From contig JALUTT010000054.1 of the NCBI GenBank assembly GCA_027021705.1, forward strand, positions 1 to 12,674: a stretch of 12,674 nt of DNA, written 5' to 3'. Shown here piece by piece: positions 9,101 to 12,674 of this stretch. A model generated the notes under the pieces. It saw nothing but the letters and a program-made list of their open reading frames with translations. It made no database searches and was not told the DNA's origin. Each line of letters begins with the position of its first letter. Position 1 is the first letter of the stretch. The position numbers and the translations under genes are program-made. The DNA comes from Anaerolineae bacterium. GTDB taxonomy: Bacteria; Chloroflexota; Anaerolineae; S140-20.

Positions 9101-11982
9101 AATCCCGACCGAGGGATTGAAACCTATCGCTCTCCTCTTCCCGAGGAGAACCAACCGCCGTCCCACCCCACAGAATCCCGACCGAGGGATTGAAACCATA
9201 CGGATAGGGGAGTGTTCCTGCTACCAGACCCCAAGTCCCACCCCACAGAATCCCGACCGAGGGATTGAAACCAAATCCGCCGGATAGCACACGGATTAGC
9301 GTGTGATGTCCCACCCCACAGAATCCCGACCGAGGGATTGAAACCCGCCCCTGCTCTTGGAGCGGGAGCCCTTGTACTTGGTCCCACCCCACAGAATCCC
9401 GACCGAGGGATTGAAACCCGGATCATAGGCGATCAGAGCGCGGGCGACCTCGGGTCCCACCCCACAGAATCCCGACCGAGGGATTGAAACCCGCACTCCC
9501 TTTATGGAGATCGTGCTCCTCGGATAGTCCCACCCCACAGAATCCCGACCGAGGGATTGAAACGGCCAGAGCGTCTGCGTGTTGCTGGAGTTGCGTGCGG
9601 TCCCACCCCACAGAATCCCGACCGAGGGATTGAAACAACATAGCACTCGCAACCGACCGACCGATCATCTACCGTCCCACCCCACAGAATCCCGACCGAG
9701 GGATTGAAACGCTCTACCGCTGGAGGCTCAATGATGGGTTTAGCACGGTCCCACCCCACAGAATCCCGACCGAGGGATTGAAACTCTGGTTGCGCGGCCC
9801 TCTCTCTTAGCGAAGAGGGCTGTCCCACCCCACAGAATCCCGACCGAGGGATTGAAACTTTATCGGCAAAGACGTGGTATCCCACATCCTGCATGTCCCA
9901 CCCCACAGAATCCCGACCGAGGGATTGAAACGCAAATGCGATAAGGAGATCTCCGGGTCACTGGATATGTCCCACCCCACAGAATCCCGACCGAGGGATT
10001 GAAACAGCGGCTATTACCTCCTCACGCTCCAGCAGGAGGAGGTCCCACCCCACAGAATCCCGACCGAGGGATTGAAACTTGCCCACATCCGAGGTGGTAC
10101 TCCATCCCCGGCGGGTCCCACCCCACAGAATCCCGACCGAGGGATTGAAACCTGTCCAGCGAAGATGGCTGGAGCCGCGCCATAGCGGGTCCCACCCCAC
10201 AGAATCCCGACCGAGGGATTGAAACCGATCTGGTCGGGGCTGATGGGGGAGAAGCTATCCCGTCCCACCCCACAGAATCCCGACCGAGGGATTGAAACCT
10301 TCCTCCTGTAAAGGGGAAGGACAGGAACGAGAGGAGGTCCCACCCCACAGAATCCCGACCGAGGGATTGAAACCGGTTCACCCCCTCCCTTGACCGGGCT
10401 GACCTGGAGGTGTCCCACCCCACAGAATCCCGACCGAGGGATTGAAACAAGCTGGAGAGTCGCTCTTCGGTTGCGATCAGCCGCGTCCCACCCCACAGAA
10501 TCCCGACCGAGGGATTGAAACCTCTCCCACAGAATCCCGACCAAGGGATCAGCACCTTGTCCCACCCCACAGAATCCCGACCGAGGGATTGAAACGATCA
10601 GAGCGAAGAGGTTGACATCTTTTTCCGGGAAGTCCCACCCCACAGAATCCCGACCGAGGGATTGAAACCTCCCGGAGCTCCTGGGGGAGGAGTGGGAGGA
10701 GATCGTCCCACCCCACAGAATCCCGACCGAGGGATTGAAACTCCAGTGCGACTTCTCCATCATCCACGATGGAGAAGTCCCACCCCACAGAATCCCGACC
10801 GAGGGATTGAAACCATGCTGGTTTAAGTTCTTGGATGTGTTTTGAGATAAGTCCCACCCCACAGAATCCCGACCGAGGGATTGAAACGCAGCCGTAGAAG
10901 ATTAGCACGCTCTCCAACTCCCGTTGGTCCCACCCCACAGAATCCCGACCGAGGGATTGAAACAGCCCCTCCTCCCTGCCATACGCTCCCGCGCATAGCA
11001 GTCCCACCCCACAGAATCCCGACCGAGGGATTGAAACCGCAGACGGCCGTTCTCACCGTATCTGGCGGTCTTAAGTCCCACCCCACAGAATCCCGACCGA
11101 GGGATTGAAACCGGATGAGAGCCAAATCCGAGATGCGCTTGAATATGGTCCCACCCCACAGAATCCCGACCGAGGGATTGAAACCTCCTCCTTCCCACCC
11201 TGCGCCGAGGGGGAGAGCGCGGTCCCACCCCACAGAATCCCGACCGAGGGATTGAAACGGAGATATTATAGGGTTTTTTAAGAATCTGTATGATGTCCCA
11301 CCCCACAGAATCCCGACCGAGGGATTGAAACAGCAACCGGCAACCGATAGCCGACCGATCTACCGTAGTCCCACCCCACAGAATCCCGACCGAGGGATTG
11401 AAACCCTGCCCGGCGGCCTGGCGTGGGGCGCGTCCTCCCCTAGTCCCACCCCACAGAATCCCGACCGAGGGATTGAAACAGCCCCTCCTCCCTGCCATGT
11501 ACCAGCCACTAGCGCAGTCCCACCCCACAGAATCCCGACCGAGGGATTGAAACTGGGGAAGCGAGAAGTGCGGATAGAATACATGGGGGGTCCCACCCCA
11601 CAGAATCCCGACCGAGGGATTGAAACGCGATAAGGCGTCTGGAGGAAAAGCTGTCCTCCATGTCCCACCCCACAGAATCCCGACCGAGGGATTGAAACAG
11701 GGAAGAGATATGGGAACTAGTTGGAGAGGGAAGATGTCCCACCCCACAGAATCCCGACCGAGGGATTGAAACGGGGCGGTCGTCCGGTCGGTGTTGGCCT
11801 CGGGCCGCGTCCCACCCCACAGAATCCCGACCGAGGGATTGAAACCGCGCCTGCGCTGGCGCGGGCGCGGGCTCGGGCCTCGGTCCCACCCCACAGAATC
11901 CCGACCGAGGGATTGAAACGATTACATTAACATCTTGCAGCGCGGCCTTGGGCGGGTCCCACCCCACAGAATCCCGACCGAG
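150..11982 (+). CRISPR. CRISPR array: 161 full 37-bp repeats plus one truncated 27-bp repeat (11956-11982), 161 spacers of 33-39 bp (mean about 36); likely class 1, tentatively type I-D
   Basis: The repeat recurs every ~73 bp from 150-186 to 11883-11919. It contains the hairpin AATCCC-GACCGA-GGGATT and ends in ATTGAAAC, typical of Cas6-processed repeats. Orientation comes from that 3' end and the AT-rich flank on the left. Subtype is inferred from repeat length and style and from implied GTN PAMs; no cas genes are in the window. Confidence 0.99.
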
Positions 11983-11995
11983 CATCTTCTAAATT

Positions 11996-12001
11996 TGTCA
12001 A
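11996..12001 (-). promoter_or_regulatory. Consensus -35 hexamer (TTGACA) at the IS right end, facing outward
   Basis: Plus-strand tgtcaa at 11996-12001. IS110/IS1111 elements typically carry a right-end -35 that pairs with a left-end -10 at the circle junction. No -10 follows in the integrated state (GTCGGG at 17 bp). Confidence 0.6.
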
Positions 12002-12034
12002 GTCGTCGGGAGGCAGGCAGGGGGCAACGGCCGC

Positions 12035-12459
12035 AGGTTGGGGCAACCTCGGCGAAGGGAAGCGAGGGGATAACGGTTCTCTCGGTCCACGGACAGGGGT
12101 GCGATCCAGAGGGGCTACAACCGGACCAACGGGCTCCCCAAGGAGCCGCCCCGCCAGCCACGGGGAGTGAGATACGGCGTCAAGCGCCCACATCTCCCTG
12201 CGGCGCTAAGTGGGCTGCTCCCAAAGGCGGGATGAGCCTGACCACGCTAGGCAACGGCGTCAAGCGCCCAGGGGAGTTGACGGCGTCGCTCGCGCCCGTT
12301 GCGGGAGCCCCGGGGGAGCACCCCGGCCGGGCCGGGGGAACCGACCTGGCTCTGCCGGCCTCATCGGAAGGCGGGCCGGCGTCGGGGGGGCCTGGGCATC
12401 CTCTCCGGGAACCGAGGGGGGGGCACGAGGCCAGATCACGGGATCACCCCTCCCAAGGG
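12035..12459 (-). ncRNA. Putative bridge/seek RNA of the IS110-family element (boundaries approximate)
   Basis: Internal-loop modules share one layout: 8-9-nt left guide, 2 nt, inner stem-loop, 9-nt right guide. 12408-12355 matches the element end (donor-like) and 12123-12074 matches the repeat at the insertion point (target-like). Two more modules lie at 12278-12247 and 12198-12167. Small hairpins occur at 12132-12147 and 12035-12049. Confidence 0.55.
12174..12270. repeat. Perfect 17-bp direct repeat acggcgtcaagcgccca (12174-12190 and 12254-12270), with a variant third copy at about 12280-12297
   Basis: Read directly; the copies are 80 bp apart. Each forms a GGCG-CTTGA-CGCC mini-hairpin on the minus strand. 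Confidence 0.9.
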
Positions 12460-12674
12460 TCAACGGCGGCGGCCCCGCTTGCGGCGACCCCGCTTGCGGC
12501 GGCCGCCCCGCTGCTTCTTGGCCTGGCGGAAAGCCTCCCACCGCCGAGCCACCTCCGCCTCCATCTCAGGGGTGGTCTGATCCCGGAAGGGCTCATCGGC
12601 CTGCACCAGGTGGAAGCAGATCCGGTTGACCCGATGGGCGGCGTGGATGGTCGCTTCCACCTCGCTCTTGCCCC
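12460..12674 (-). CDS. C-terminal end of a probable IS110-family transposase/recombinase; 5' part lies beyond the window
   Basis: The frame is open to the window edge: GKSEVEATIHAAHRVNRICFHLVQADEPFRDQ...RRKRGRRKRGRRR* (stop at 12460-12462). GK-x4-A-x-I-x-A-A-x-R-x2-R-I-x3-L-x4-EPF resembles the usual IS110 C-terminal helix (GK..K.A.vA.ArKL.ri...l....py). Recognised by eye; the catalytic domains are not in view. Confidence 0.72.
   Translation of the reverse strand, partial: GKSEVEATIHAAHRVNRICFHLVQADEPFRDQTTPEMEAEVARRWEAFRQAKKQRGGRRKRGRRKRGRRR
12473..12501. repeat. 15-bp-period tandem duplication encoding the RRKRG-RRKRG basic tail
   Basis: ccccgcttgcggcg at 12473-12486 and 12488-12501. Confidence 0.85.

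Larger units (their letters stand above)
11983..12674 (-). mobile_element. Right part of an IS110/IS1111-like insertion sequence inserted into CRISPR repeat 162
   Basis: The repeat matches perfectly to base 27 and then switches abruptly to catcttctaaatttgtcaag. The minus-strand junction reads AGAAGATG-CT-CGGTCGGG, giving a CT core as in IS621. There is an outward TTGACA 13 bp from the core, a long non-coding region downstream of the transposase (IS1111-type layout), and an adjacent IS110-like CDS end. Confidence 0.7.

Noticed and set aside
10226..10261. S138 (GGTCGGGGCTGATGGGG) and S27 (2088-2124, GATTCCGACCGGGA) loosely resemble the repeat
   Set aside because: Only about 7 contiguous matches and gaps are needed, which is compatible with chance, unlike S24 and S142.
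8606..11661. The reverse complement of S116 and S157 share 15 of 17 nt (AIRRL)
   Set aside because: About one such match is expected by chance among all spacer pairs and strands (rough estimate), and the rest does not align.
215..11985. Dozens of ORFs of up to 547 aa on both strands across the array
   Set aside because: They are translations of repeat-spacer units. The minus strand of the repeat has no stop codon in any frame, giving recurring FNPSVGILWGGT / VSIPRSGFCGVG / FQSLGRDSVGWD peptides.
11956..11992. Reading the last repeat as an ordinary degenerate trailer repeat
   Set aside because: Not excluded but disfavoured: 27 perfect bases followed by an abrupt switch, a CT core, an outward TTGACA and matching guide-like segments fit an insertion better.
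12411..12418. ACCGAGGG identical to repeat bases 22-29, spanning the insertion point
   Set aside because: An 8-mer next to a G run in GC-rich DNA, not in the split left/right guide layout; probably chance.
11922..12629. ORFs 11922-12161, 11927-12193, 12210-12629, 12260-12541 and 12299-12580
   Set aside because: Pro/Gly/Arg-rich GC shadow frames with no recognisable motif. They overlap the repeat, the structured non-coding region or the transposase-like CDS.
1..12674. cas genes, tracrRNA, tRNA or rRNA
   Set aside because: None recognisable. There is no extended anti-repeat outside the array, so the subtype stays an inference.

Overview
About 93% of the window is one very long CRISPR array on the + strand (150-11982). 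By manual count it has 161 apparently identical 37-bp repeats (GTCCCACCCCACAGAATCCCGACCGAGGGATTGAAAC), 161 spacers of 33-39 bp, and a 162nd repeat cut after base 27. A leader lies at 1-149. The repeat style and inferred GTN PAMs suggest type I-D, but no cas genes are visible. Nearly all ORFs in the track are artefacts of translating the array. The last repeat looks interrupted rather than decayed, by the right end of a minus-strand IS110/IS1111-family element. The evidence is a transposase C-terminus at 12460-12674, an outward-facing TTGACA near the end, a CT core at the junction, and about 480 bp of non-coding DNA resembling a bridge/seek RNA. One internal loop matches the CRISPR repeat at the break point, another matches the element's own end, and two more loops share the same register. 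The best candidate for a new system is therefore an RNA-guided recombinase element aimed at CRISPR repeats, possibly with a multi-loop guide RNA. Separately, two spacers (S24, S142) derive from variants of the array's own repeat. All alignments were done by eye, with no searches or folding runs.
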